A DNA stretch of 64,000 bases from positions 512,001 to 576,000 of the forward strand of contig CAVRAY010000001.1 in assembly GCA_963719225.1 (NCBI GenBank), in the 5' to 3' direction. The notes beneath the pieces were generated by a model. It had not been told where the DNA came from and searched no databases. It was given only the letters and a program-made list of their open reading frames with translations. A program made the translations under genes and the position numbers. This document shows, one piece after another, positions 29,103-37,803 of the stretch; positions within the stretch are counted from its first letter, which is position 1, and the number at the start of each line of letters is the position of its first letter. The DNA comes from Thermoanaerobaculia bacterium. GTDB lineage: Bacteria; Acidobacteriota; Thermoanaerobaculia; UBA5066.

Positions 29103-29837
29103 GTGAAGACCCAAGCACGATCGCTGTGGCATAACGCGCGCGTGATCCTCTTCGAGAACGAAGACGTCCTCGCCCTCGACAAGCCGGCGGGCATCTCGAT
29201 GGCGACGTCGACGAAGGAGGGAAAATCCGGCGCGGACGCGGTCGCGCGCCTGTTCGCGGCCTGCGCCCTTCCCACGCCCGATCCGCCTCCGCTCCTCGTC
29301 CACCGCCTGGACGCGGGGACTTCGGGCGTCGTCCTCCTCGCGAAAACGTCCGAGGCGCACCGCGCGCTGAGCCTCGCGCTCCAGGAACGCCGCGTGAAGA
29401 AGACGTACCGCGCACTGGTCTGGGGACACCCGGTCCCCGCGAAGGGAACGATCGACCTCCCGCTCCAGCGCGATCAGAAGGACGGCCGCAAGATGCGCGT
29501 CTCGGCGGAGGGGAAGCCCAGCCGGACGCGCTATGCGACGCTCCGGAGGTTCTCGTCTCTCGCGGATCTCGAGCTCCATCCCGAGACCGGGCGCACGCAT
29601 CAGATCCGCGTCCATCTCTCGGCGAAGGGGCATCCCATCGCGGGCGACGACTTCTACGGCGGGTCGAGCCGGTGGCACGGCATGCGCGACCCGGGACTCC
29701 GCGAGGCGCTCAGGAGAGTCGTGCGGCCGCTTCTCCACGCTTCGCGTGTCGAGATTCCGGAGATGGGCGTCGACGTGACGGCCCCGCTGCCCGGGGATTA
29801 CGTCGAGATCTTGGCTTCCCTCGCGGCCTCAGCGTGA
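29103..29837 (+). CDS. RluA-family pseudouridine synthase
   Basis: DKPAG, HRLDAGTSG, KTYRALV, TGRTHQIRVH, GD..Y, LHA. Confidence 0.93.
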   Translation: MKTQARSLWHNARVILFENEDVLALDKPAGISMATSTKEGKSGADAVARLFAACALPTPDPPPLLVHRLDAGTSGVVLLAKTSEAHRALSLALQERRVKKTYRALVWGHPVPAKGTIDLPLQRDQKDGRKMRVSAEGKPSRTRYATLRRFSSLADLELHPETGRTHQIRVHLSAKGHPIAGDDFYGGSSRWHGMRDPGLREALRRVVRPLLHASRVEIPEMGVDVTAPLPGDYVEILASLAASA

Positions 29838-30974
29838 GGGCGCGGACGAACGCGAGAGCAGGCGCCGGGCCCCGCAACCCTTCGTCGCGAGGAACGTCGC
29901 GGCTCCCGCGAGAAGAACGAGGCTCGCGACGAGCAGAAGGACCAGAGGGCCCTTCTTCGGAGGCGGAAGCTCGCTCGTCACGGGGGCGGCGGCCGGGCGC
30001 CTCGACGTGAGAGGGGCCGTGGAATCGGCGAGGGAGGGCGGGGGGGCGACGTCGGCGAAGGCGGAGATCTCGCGCGTGATCGCGCTCTTGACGGGCCTCG
30101 CGTGGAGATCGCGCCGCGCGACGACGAGGTCGAGGATCATCTGGCCGGCGCTTCCGTATCGATCCAGCGGCTCCTTCTTGAGGGCTCTCGCGACGATCTG
30201 CTTCAGGGTGTCGGGCACGAGGTCGGGCTCGGGCCACGGGTCCGCCTCCTTGGTCATCATCTTGGCCACCATCTGGGTCACGCTCGCGCCCGAGAAGGGG
30301 TGCACGCCGGCCAGCATCTGGTAGAAGACGATGCCGAAGGAGAAGAGGTCCGACCGCTCGTCGAGCGGGTTTCCGAGCGCCTGCTCCGGAGAGAGGTAGT
30401 CGAGCGTGCCGACGATCATTCCCTCGCCCGTCTGCCGGTGCGAGCGGGACGTGTCGCGCGCGCCCTCGGCGAGGAGCTTGCTGAGGCCGAAGTCGAGCAC
30501 CTTGACGCGGCCGTCCGGCGCGAGCATGAGGTTCGAGGGCGTGATGTCCCGGTGGAGGATGCGGTTCTGGTGCGCGACCTTCAGGCCCTCGAGCGCCTGG
30601 ATCGCGATGTCGAGGCACTCCGTGATGGAAAGCCTCCGCTTGTCCATGATCTCGTCGAGACCCTCGCCTTCCAGGTACTCGAGGACGAGATAGAGCGAGC
30701 CCGGTGGAAATCCCACGTCGCGCGCCTCGGTCGTCGCGAGATCGTGGATCGTGATGACGTTCGGATGATTGAGCGCCGCGACGGCGCGCGCCTCGTTCAT
30801 GAACCGCCCGCGCATCTTCGTGTCGCTCTGGAGCGCGGCCGGCAGGATCTTGATGGCGACGCGGCGCCCGAGCGCCGAATCCGTCGCGAGATAGACCTCT
30901 CCCATGCCGCCCCGGCCGAGCAAGCGGAGGATCTCGTACCGGCCGATGCTCTTGGGAAGTGGTTCCGCGGACAA
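29829..30974 (-). CDS. Ser/Thr protein kinase with C-terminal TM segment
   Basis: LGRGGMG, VAIK, HRDITPSN, DFG, YLSPE; hydrophobic C-terminal segment. Confidence 0.9.
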   Translation of the reverse strand: MSAEPLPKSIGRYEILRLLGRGGMGEVYLATDSALGRRVAIKILPAALQSDTKMRGRFMNEARAVAALNHPNVITIHDLATTEARDVGFPPGSLYLVLEYLEGEGLDEIMDKRRLSITECLDIAIQALEGLKVAHQNRILHRDITPSNLMLAPDGRVKVLDFGLSKLLAEGARDTSRSHRQTGEGMIVGTLDYLSPEQALGNPLDERSDLFSFGIVFYQMLAGVHPFSGASVTQMVAKMMTKEADPWPEPDLVPDTLKQIVARALKKEPLDRYGSAGQMILDLVVARRDLHARPVKSAITREISAFADVAPPPSLADSTAPLTSRRPAAAPVTSELPPPKKGPLVLLLVASLVLLAGAATFLATKGCGARRLLSRSSAPSR

Positions 30975-31008
30975 CGCGACGCAAGTATAGGGAGTCCGGG
31001 GCCTTCGA

Positions 31009-31590
31009 TCAGGCGGGCGGAAGCGGCGCCGGGTCGAGCGCCATCAATATCGTCAGGGTGTTTCCCCCGTCGCGCGTCGTCGAGGTGAGGCCCGTCCGCG
31101 CGAAGAGACGAAGCATCCGCTCGTTGTTCTTCAGGACCTCGGCTTCGAAGACGGAGATCCCCCGCGCGCGCGCGAGCGTCGCGATTCGATGAAAGAGAAG
31201 GCTTCCGAGGCCCCGGCCCTGAAACGTGTCCGCCACCGTGAACGCGACCTCGGCGTGAGTGGGCCGATCGGGATAGCGCTCCCACCGTGCGACTCCCACG
31301 ATGGCCCCCGCCGTCTCGGCGACGAGGGCGTAACGAGCCTCGTAGTCCACGCGAGCGAGGTACTGCGCCTTCCCCGCGTCCTTGTCGGGAACGGCGAAGA
31401 ACCGGAAATAGAGGCTGTCGGGCGAAAGGCGGTCGTAGAGCGCCAGGAGGCCGGCGGCGTCGTCGCCGCGGATCGGGCGCAGGTGCAGCGCCACGCCGTC
31501 TCGGAGGACGACATCGGATTCGTCCGTGGCCGGATAGGTCGCGCTCGCGCGGGATCGGCCGTCCAGCTCCTCCCGAATCGTTCGAACCAC
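31009..31590 (-). CDS. GNAT acetyltransferase (Pat-type GNAT domain, standalone)
   Basis: LRPIR..D, SLYFRFF, AEVAF.VAD.FQGRGLG, N.RML. Confidence 0.85.
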   Translation of the reverse strand: MVRTIREELDGRSRASATYPATDESDVVLRDGVALHLRPIRGDDAAGLLALYDRLSPDSLYFRFFAVPDKDAGKAQYLARVDYEARYALVAETAGAIVGVARWERYPDRPTHAEVAFTVADTFQGRGLGSLLFHRIATLARARGISVFEAEVLKNNERMLRLFARTGLTSTTRDGGNTLTILMALDPAPLPPA

Positions 31591-31721
31591 GCTCCGATGA
31601 TTTCACGGAGCCTGGTGTTTTGGCTTCCCGTACACGCGCGTCGGATTTTTCGCGACCTGCTTTCCTTCGACGTCGAAAGGCGATAGAACGCGCCGTCACT
31701 CGGCATCCGAAGGGGGGCGAC

Positions 31722-32120
31722 ATGAAGCTCATCACGACGATCATCCGGCCCGAGAAGCTGGCGGACGTGAAGGCCGCCCTTTTCCGCGCGGGAGTGACCG
31801 GGATTTCGCTGTCGCGGGTGCAGGGGCACGGGGGCGAGCACGAGACCGTCGAGCAGTACCGCGGCACGACGCTCGTCTTCGAGTTCGTCGAGAAGGTGCG
31901 CATCGACATCGCCGTCTCGGAGCCGTTCGTGGAGCCCACGATCGCGGCGATCCTCGCGGGAGCGCGCACGGGCGAAGTCGGCGACGGCAAGATCTTCGTC
32001 CAGCCTCTCGAGCGCATCATCCGGATCCGGACGGGAGAGCAGGACGTGCAGGCGCTCACCCCCGTTTCAGCCGACGAGGTCCAGGCGCGGGCGATCCGCG
32101 CGAAACGGGAGCCGTCGTGA
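31722..32120 (+). CDS. glnK: P-II nitrogen regulator
   Basis: MKLITTIIRPEKL, T-loop YRG, TGEVGDGKIFV, RIRTGE; directly upstream of amt. Confidence 0.92.
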   Translation: MKLITTIIRPEKLADVKAALFRAGVTGISLSRVQGHGGEHETVEQYRGTTLVFEFVEKVRIDIAVSEPFVEPTIAAILAGARTGEVGDGKIFVQPLERIIRIRTGEQDVQALTPVSADEVQARAIRAKREPS

Positions 32121-33418
32121 ACGCCCCTTCGGCGATCAACTCCGGCGACACCGCGTGGCTCCTCGGCTCGGCGGCGCTCGTCTTCCTGATGAACCCGGGG
32201 CTCGCGTTCTTCTATGCAGGCCTCGTGAGGCGGAAGAACACGCTCAATACGCTCATGATGACGTACGTCGCGATGGGCATGGGCGCCCTCGTCTGGATGG
32301 CCGCCGGCTACTCCCTCGCGTTCGCGCCCGGTTCGCCCTTTCTCGGTGGCCTGAGGTGGCTCGGGCTCTCCGGAGTGGGCTCGGCTCCGGAGCCAGCCTA
32401 TGCGGCCACCGTTCCTCATCTCGCGTACGTCGTCTTTCAGGGCATGTTCGCGACGATCACGCCCGCCCTGATCTCGGGCGCGATCGTCGAGCGCATGAGC
32501 TTTCGCGCATACGTGCTTTTCATCGGCCTCTGGAGCCTCGTCGTGTACGCGCCGGTCGCGCACTGGGTCTGGGGCACGGGCGGATTCGTCCGCGCGTGGG
32601 GCGCGCTCGACTTCGCCGGAGGAACGGTCGTGCACGTGACGGCGGGGACCGCGGCCCTCGTCGCCGCGATGTTCCTCGGCCCGCGGCAGGACAACAAGCG
32701 CATCGCGCTGATTCCGCACAACGTCCCGTACGCGCTCCTCGGCGCGGGCCTCCTCTGGTTCGGGTGGTTCGGCTTCAACGCGGGATCCGCGCTCGCGGCG
32801 AACGGAACCGCGGCGCTCGCGTTCATCACGACGAATGCCGGTGCGGCGTCGGCGCTTCTCACGTGGATCCTTCTCGAAAATTACTTCGGAGGTCATGCGA
32901 CGGCGGTCGGTGCCGCGACGGGCGCCGTCGTCGGGCTCGTCGGCATCACGCCCGGGGCGGGCTTCGTGCCGCCGCTCGCCGCGGTCGCGATCGGCTCGCT
33001 GACGGCGCTCGCGAGCTTCAGCGCGCTGCGCCTGAGGGCCCGCACGTCGCTCGACGACACGCTCGACGTCTTCGCTTGTCACGGGATCGGCGGAATCACC
33101 GGCTCGATCCTGACGGGAGTCTTCGCATCCAAGGCCGCGAACCCGGACGGGGGCGACGGGCTCCTCGCAGGCGGAGCGGCGCTCCTCGGCATCCAGCTCG
33201 GGGCCGTCGCGGTCGTGTTCGTCTACACCGCGGCGGCCACGGCGGGCGTTCTCCTCCTCGTGAAGCTCGTGACGCCTCTCAGAATCGAGCTCCATGCCGA
33301 GCTCGAGGGCCTCGACCGGCAGGTGCATGGCGAGGAGGCGTACCGAGGCGGAAGCGCGGCGGGCGGACTCGGGGAATCCGTCATTCTCCTGCCGTCGGAG
33401 CGCGCCCCGGGAGTCTAG
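32117..33418 (+). CDS. amtB: Ammonium transporter
   Basis: GLAFFYAG, FQGMFA.IT, DFAGGTVVH, WFGWFGFNAGS, DD.LDVF..HG. Confidence 0.96.
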   Translation: MNAPSAINSGDTAWLLGSAALVFLMNPGLAFFYAGLVRRKNTLNTLMMTYVAMGMGALVWMAAGYSLAFAPGSPFLGGLRWLGLSGVGSAPEPAYAATVPHLAYVVFQGMFATITPALISGAIVERMSFRAYVLFIGLWSLVVYAPVAHWVWGTGGFVRAWGALDFAGGTVVHVTAGTAALVAAMFLGPRQDNKRIALIPHNVPYALLGAGLLWFGWFGFNAGSALAANGTAALAFITTNAGAASALLTWILLENYFGGHATAVGAATGAVVGLVGITPGAGFVPPLAAVAIGSLTALASFSALRLRARTSLDDTLDVFACHGIGGITGSILTGVFASKAANPDGGDGLLAGGAALLGIQLGAVAVVFVYTAAATAGVLLLVKLVTPLRIELHAELEGLDRQVHGEEAYRGGSAAGGLGESVILLPSERAPGV

Positions 33419-34920
33419 GGTATGGGTGTCGCGCGTCCCGTCAGCACGGCGAGGCGCCTGAGCCGCGCGGCGAGGTCCGGCGAGAATGAATCCCTGGTGG
33501 CGCGCCAGGCCCAGTTCGCACCGGCGCGTCCGGGTACGTTCATGCGGCCCTCGGCTCCGAGGGCGAGGTAATCCTGCATCGGCGCGATGGCGCGATCGGC
33601 GACGGACGAGAACGCGGCGCGAACGAGGTCCCAGGACGCGTCCTCGCCCGACGTGCCGAGGTAGTCGCGAAAGCGGGTCTTCGCGGTTTCGTCGAGCGAC
33701 GCGAACCACGAGCGCGACGTGTCGTTGTCGTGCGTTCCCGTGTAGATCACCATGTTGGGAATGTAATGGTGCGGCAGGTGCTCGCTGTCGTTCTCACCGA
33801 AGGCGAATTGAAGCACCTTCATGCCGGGAAGCCCGAGGATCTCGACGAGCCGCCGGACGTCCTCCGTGAGGAGGCCGAGGTCTTCGGCGACGAGGGTGAC
33901 GTCCCCGAGCGCGTGCTGGATCGCCATGAAGAGCATGAGTCCCGGCCCGTTCACCCAGCGCCCGTCGCGCGCGGTGGCGGCGCCGGCGGGCACCTCCCAG
34001 TACGCCGAGAAGCCGCGGAAGTGGTCGAGGCGAACGACGTCGGCGAGCCGCAGGTTCAAGCGGATCCTCTCGATCCACCAGTCGTAGCCGTCCTCGGCGA
34101 GAACGTCCCACCGGTAGAGGGGATGGCCCCACAGCTGCCCGTCCGCGCTGAAGTCGTCGGGCGGAACGCCCGCCGAGGCCGTCGGCCGCCCGTCTTCGCC
34201 GAGAACGAAGAGCCGGCGGTGCGCCCACACGTCGGCGCTGTCACACGCGACGTAGATGGGGAGGTCCCCCATCACCGAAATGTCGCGCGCGTTCGCTTCC
34301 GACTTCACGCGCTGCCACTGCCGGAAGAAGAGGAACTGCGCGTACGTGTGGAACGCGATCTCGCCCTCGAGCTCCTTCCGCGCCGCGGCAAGCGCCTCCT
34401 CCTCGCGCTTCGCGAGAGCGGGATCCCATTCCGTCCAGGGCCGGCCCGCGTTCTTCTCCCTGAGGGCGGCGAAGAGGGACCAGTCGGCGAGCCAGGCGGC
34501 GTTCGACGACGCATTCGCGAACCGGGAGACCTCGTCCAGGATGCGCCCGCCGAGTGACTTCGAGTGGCGGAACGAGTCCTCGAGGAGGCGGCGGCGGAAC
34601 GGCACGACCCGCTCCCAGTCCACGCGCCCCTCCGGGAATTCCGGGGCTGCGTCCAAAGCCCCGGCTGGGAGGAGACCCTCCTCGACGAGCCACTCCGGCG
34701 AGACGAGGAGCGGATCGCCCGCGAAGGCCGAGAGCCCGTCGTACGGGGAGTGGTGGGGGCCGGTGGGGCCGGGTGGCAGGACCTGCCAGAGTCTCAGCCC
34801 CGCCTGGGACGCCCAGTCGAGGAAGGCGTCGGCGGCCGGGCCGAGGTCCCCCACGCCGAACCGCGAGGGCAGGGACGTCGGGTGCAGGAGCACGCCAGCC
34901 TGTCGCGTGGGACGAGTCAT
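33415..34920 (-). CDS. malQ: 4-alpha-glucanotransferase (GH77)
   Basis: GVLLHPTSLP, GDLPIYV, RLDHFRG, AEDLG, YTGTHDNDT. Confidence 0.96.
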   Translation of the reverse strand: MTRPTRQAGVLLHPTSLPSRFGVGDLGPAADAFLDWASQAGLRLWQVLPPGPTGPHHSPYDGLSAFAGDPLLVSPEWLVEEGLLPAGALDAAPEFPEGRVDWERVVPFRRRLLEDSFRHSKSLGGRILDEVSRFANASSNAAWLADWSLFAALREKNAGRPWTEWDPALAKREEEALAAARKELEGEIAFHTYAQFLFFRQWQRVKSEANARDISVMGDLPIYVACDSADVWAHRRLFVLGEDGRPTASAGVPPDDFSADGQLWGHPLYRWDVLAEDGYDWWIERIRLNLRLADVVRLDHFRGFSAYWEVPAGAATARDGRWVNGPGLMLFMAIQHALGDVTLVAEDLGLLTEDVRRLVEILGLPGMKVLQFAFGENDSEHLPHHYIPNMVIYTGTHDNDTSRSWFASLDETAKTRFRDYLGTSGEDASWDLVRAAFSSVADRAIAPMQDYLALGAEGRMNVPGRAGANWAWRATRDSFSPDLAARLRRLAVLTGRATPIP

Positions 34921-34944
34921 TTCTCGGATGCTACCCCGGCGGCT

Positions 34945-36483
34945 TCACCGGCCCATGCCGGCTTCGTGCCCGAGAATCCGGAGCGCCCGCCCGTAGATCG
35001 CCTCCACTTCCTCGCGCGTGTTCCCGATCGCCGTCATTCCGAGCTTTCCATATTCCGAAAGCGCCCCGATGAGATGAAAGAGGACGCCCGATTCGGAATT
35101 GTGACTGTAGTGAAGGGAGTTGATCGTGACGATCTCGATGAGGTCCTCCGGCAGGAGTCCGCGGAACGTCTCCGACTGGAGGTTGTCCGTCGCGCGATAG
35201 AACTTCGGCGAGCCCCTGGGCGAATGAAAGAGGCCGGTCTCGGCATCGAGCTGCCCGCCCGTCAGGAACTGGAGCGCGAGGTAAGGATGCGTCGTGCCGC
35301 CCATGCGGAGGTTGATCTCGAGCGCCCACGCCTTCCAGGGGGCCGAGGGAGCGTCGCGGGTCACCAGGAAGTCGATCCCGAATCGGCTCACGACGCCCTT
35401 GGCGGCGAGAACAGCGCCGATCCGCAGGGCCACTTCGTGGATGTGCATCCGGTACGCGTCGTCTGCCGGAAAGAGGCAGCCGAGAAACACCTGGCCGCTC
35501 GGTCCTCCCAGGATCTGATCGTGGGTGGAGATGGGGATGACGGCACCGTGAGGACCGCTCCGGAGCTGGACGCTCGGCGAGGCCTTGAAGGGAGCCTCGA
35601 GGAACTCCTCGGCGATGCCGCCCATCCTTCGAAACTTCCCGTGGTAATCGCTCCACGTCTCCCACGGCACCGAGAACTCCACTGCGGGAAGCGTCGCGTG
35701 GACCGCCTCGGCGAGATCGCCGCGAGCGTCGGGATACCGGAAGACGGCGTTTCCCTCGCCCGAGAAACTGTCGTTCAGCTTCACGACCGCGCTCTTCAGG
35801 CCCGGTTTCCGCCGCTTGAGCTCGACGAGGGCCGCCTCGATGTCCTGGTCGTCGCGCAGGTCCTCGAGGCCGTCGGGAATCGCGATACCCGCCTCGCGGA
35901 AGATCTTCCGGCCTCCTGACTTCGTTCCGTACGCGTTGAGCGCGGGATCGACCCCGTTGAGCGGAATCCCGAGAAGGACCGAGAGCTTGCGCTCGAGGGC
36001 CGTCGAGTTGAATACCGTGAGGTATGCCCGTGAACGGTCGGCGATGCCCTGGCGGATGCGCTCGAGGAGGCGCGGGCGCTCGAGGATCTTCTCCGTGAGA
36101 GATCGCGGCGAGGCGTCGTGCGCGCAGAGGAGAGTCAGCCGGCTCCGCGCATGGCTCGTCGGGATGCCGACGAGGAGCTGGAAGTAATACTCGAGGACGA
36201 GGGGATGCACGGGCTGTGACGTGACGAAGACGACGCGCGCCCGCGGATTTCGAAGCCGGATGAGAAGGAAAAGCAGCCTCTCCTCGTAGAAGCTCGCTCC
36301 CTCGAGCTTCCTCATCTCGGCCTGGTCGAGCGTGAGCGAGGGAACGACGACCGACGTGTGCGGCTCCTGGTCACGTCCCGCGATCGAATCCCAGACCGCG
36401 GCGAGGCGCGGTTTGAGCGCCTCGAACTCGGCGAGCTCCTCGTCGAGCGTGAGCGCGGACGCGAACGGTGGGCGGGGGATCAA
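34945..36483 (-). CDS. ATP-grasp protein, peptide ligase PGM1-related
   Basis: YEERLLFLL, KLNDSFSGEGNA, STHDQILGG, FGIDF, EINLRMGGTTHP. Confidence 0.8.
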   Translation of the reverse strand: MIPRPPFASALTLDEELAEFEALKPRLAAVWDSIAGRDQEPHTSVVVPSLTLDQAEMRKLEGASFYEERLLFLLIRLRNPRARVVFVTSQPVHPLVLEYYFQLLVGIPTSHARSRLTLLCAHDASPRSLTEKILERPRLLERIRQGIADRSRAYLTVFNSTALERKLSVLLGIPLNGVDPALNAYGTKSGGRKIFREAGIAIPDGLEDLRDDQDIEAALVELKRRKPGLKSAVVKLNDSFSGEGNAVFRYPDARGDLAEAVHATLPAVEFSVPWETWSDYHGKFRRMGGIAEEFLEAPFKASPSVQLRSGPHGAVIPISTHDQILGGPSGQVFLGCLFPADDAYRMHIHEVALRIGAVLAAKGVVSRFGIDFLVTRDAPSAPWKAWALEINLRMGGTTHPYLALQFLTGGQLDAETGLFHSPRGSPKFYRATDNLQSETFRGLLPEDLIEIVTINSLHYSHNSESGVLFHLIGALSEYGKLGMTAIGNTREEVEAIYGRALRILGHEAGMGR

Positions 36484-36524
36484 CCTGGACCCATTCTAAA
36501 GGCGGTGAACGGCGCCAGAACCGG

Positions 36525-36538
36525 GGCACGCTTCTTGA
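36525..36538 (+). promoter_or_regulatory. Putative sigma54 -24/-12 promoter of pilin 1
   Basis: GGCACG-CTTC-TTGA (GG-N10-GA), well spaced from the RBS and ATG 36565. Confidence 0.55.
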
Positions 36539-36564
36539 TTGCGTTTCGGTGAACGAGAGGGAGA

Positions 36565-37050
36565 ATGACGAGACGCCGGGGATTCACGCTCATCGAGCTC
36601 CTGATCGTCGTGGCGATCATCGGAATCATCGTCGCGATTGCCGTCGTGAACATGATCAACGCAATTCAGCGCGCGAAGCAGAAGCGCTCGATGGCGGACA
36701 TGAGGAGCCTCGCGACGGCAATCGAGGCGTACGCGACCGATCAGAATTACTATCCGGCCGCGGCCGGTTACACGTTGCCTTCAGGGCTCTCGCTCCCCAC
36801 CGGGACGCTCGGGCCGGTGCCGGACTCGCTCAGCCCGACGTACCTGAGGGTGGTGCCGCTCGTCGACGGGTGGAGCTCCTACTACACGTATGGGACCAGC
36901 ACCTCCCAGACCGACTTCGTGGTGCGCTCGGCCGGTGCCGACGGAGCCCTCGATTCCTCCCCGATTTGGGGCCTGACGACCAACTTCAACGCCGACATCA
37001 TCCTCGTCGACGGGACCTTCGTGCAGTACCCGGAGGGTGCTCAGAAATGA
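36565..37050 (+). CDS. Type IV pilin / GspG-like protein 1
   Basis: RRRG|FTLIELLIVVAIIGI class III signal; PLVDGW and SAGADG motifs. Confidence 0.92.
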   Translation: MTRRRGFTLIELLIVVAIIGIIVAIAVVNMINAIQRAKQKRSMADMRSLATAIEAYATDQNYYPAAAGYTLPSGLSLPTGTLGPVPDSLSPTYLRVVPLVDGWSSYYTYGTSTSQTDFVVRSAGADGALDSSPIWGLTTNFNADIILVDGTFVQYPEGAQK

Positions 37051-37179
37051 CTCGGTGCGGAGCCGGCCCGACAAACGGTGTCCCGGTCTGCCCGCCTCCT
37101 CCGACAAAATTTCGTCGCCGCGCCGGTGTTCAGGCCCTATTCCTGCCCGAACCAGCCGGATTCCGGCTCCCCGGATCGC

Positions 37180-37193
37180 GGCACGCGTCTTGA
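37180..37193 (+). promoter_or_regulatory. Putative sigma54 -24/-12 promoter of pilin 2
   Basis: GGCACG-CGTC-TTGA upstream of AGGAGG and ATG 37225. Confidence 0.6.
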
Positions 37194-37224
37194 AAGCACA
37201 TCGGCACATTAGGAGGTTCATCTT

Positions 37225-37731
37225 ATGAAGAAGAGGAACAACAAGGGATTCACCCTCATCGAGCTCTTGATCGTCGTGGCCATCATCGGCATCATCGTCG
37301 CCATCGCCATTCCGAACCTGCTCAACGCCATTCAGCGCGCCAAGCAGAAGAGGACGATGGGCGACATGCGGACGGCCGGCACGGCGGCCGAAGCGTACGC
37401 CGTCGATTTCAATCACTACCCGGCAGCCGCCGGCTACACGCTGCCGTCGGCTCTCACGTGGCCTTTCTCAGCCACCTTCGGCGCGCCGGGCTGCGCGGCC
37501 CCCTGCCTCAACGGCCAGGTGACCCCGACGTACGTCCGCCTCCTGCCGCTCACGGACGGCTGGAATTCGTACTTCCTCTATGCAAGCGGCACCCAGAACT
37601 ACGGGCTCGCGTCGAACGGGAAGGATGGCCTGCAGGAAACCCCCCCCTGGACCGAAACGACCAACTTCAACAACGACATCATCTTCGTCGACGGCCAATT
37701 CACCAATTACCCAGCGGGCGCGCAGAACTGA
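37225..37731 (+). CDS. Type IV pilin / GspG-like protein 2 (probable major pilin)
   Basis: KG|FTLIELLIVVAIIGIIVAIAIP; strong RBS, own promoter motif and terminator; paralog of pilin 1. Confidence 0.92.
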   Translation: MKKRNNKGFTLIELLIVVAIIGIIVAIAIPNLLNAIQRAKQKRTMGDMRTAGTAAEAYAVDFNHYPAAAGYTLPSALTWPFSATFGAPGCAAPCLNGQVTPTYVRLLPLTDGWNSYFLYASGTQNYGLASNGKDGLQETPPWTETTNFNNDIIFVDGQFTNYPAGAQN

Positions 37732-37757
37732 TCGTCCTCCTTCTGCAGCCCGAACCC

Positions 37758-37789
37758 AAGAGCCCCCTCGTCGGGGGCTCTTTTCTTTT
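37758..37789 (+). terminator. Rho-independent terminator after pilin 2
   Basis: AAGAGCCCCC-TCGTC-GGGGGCTCTT followed by TTCTTTT. Confidence 0.9.
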
Positions 37790-37803
37790 CCGGGCCTAGA
37801 ATC

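Noticed and set aside
29829-30974. Pseudokinase because of HRDITPSN
   Set aside because: The VAIK lysine, catalytic Asp/Asn and DFG are intact; the K-to-T change alone is insufficient evidence.
37225-37731. Electrically conductive e-pilin
   Set aside because: The pilin is aromatic-rich overall (19 F/W/Y of 160 by my count) but has no aromatic residue between F1 and Y50, so it lacks the positions typical of Geobacter e-pilins.
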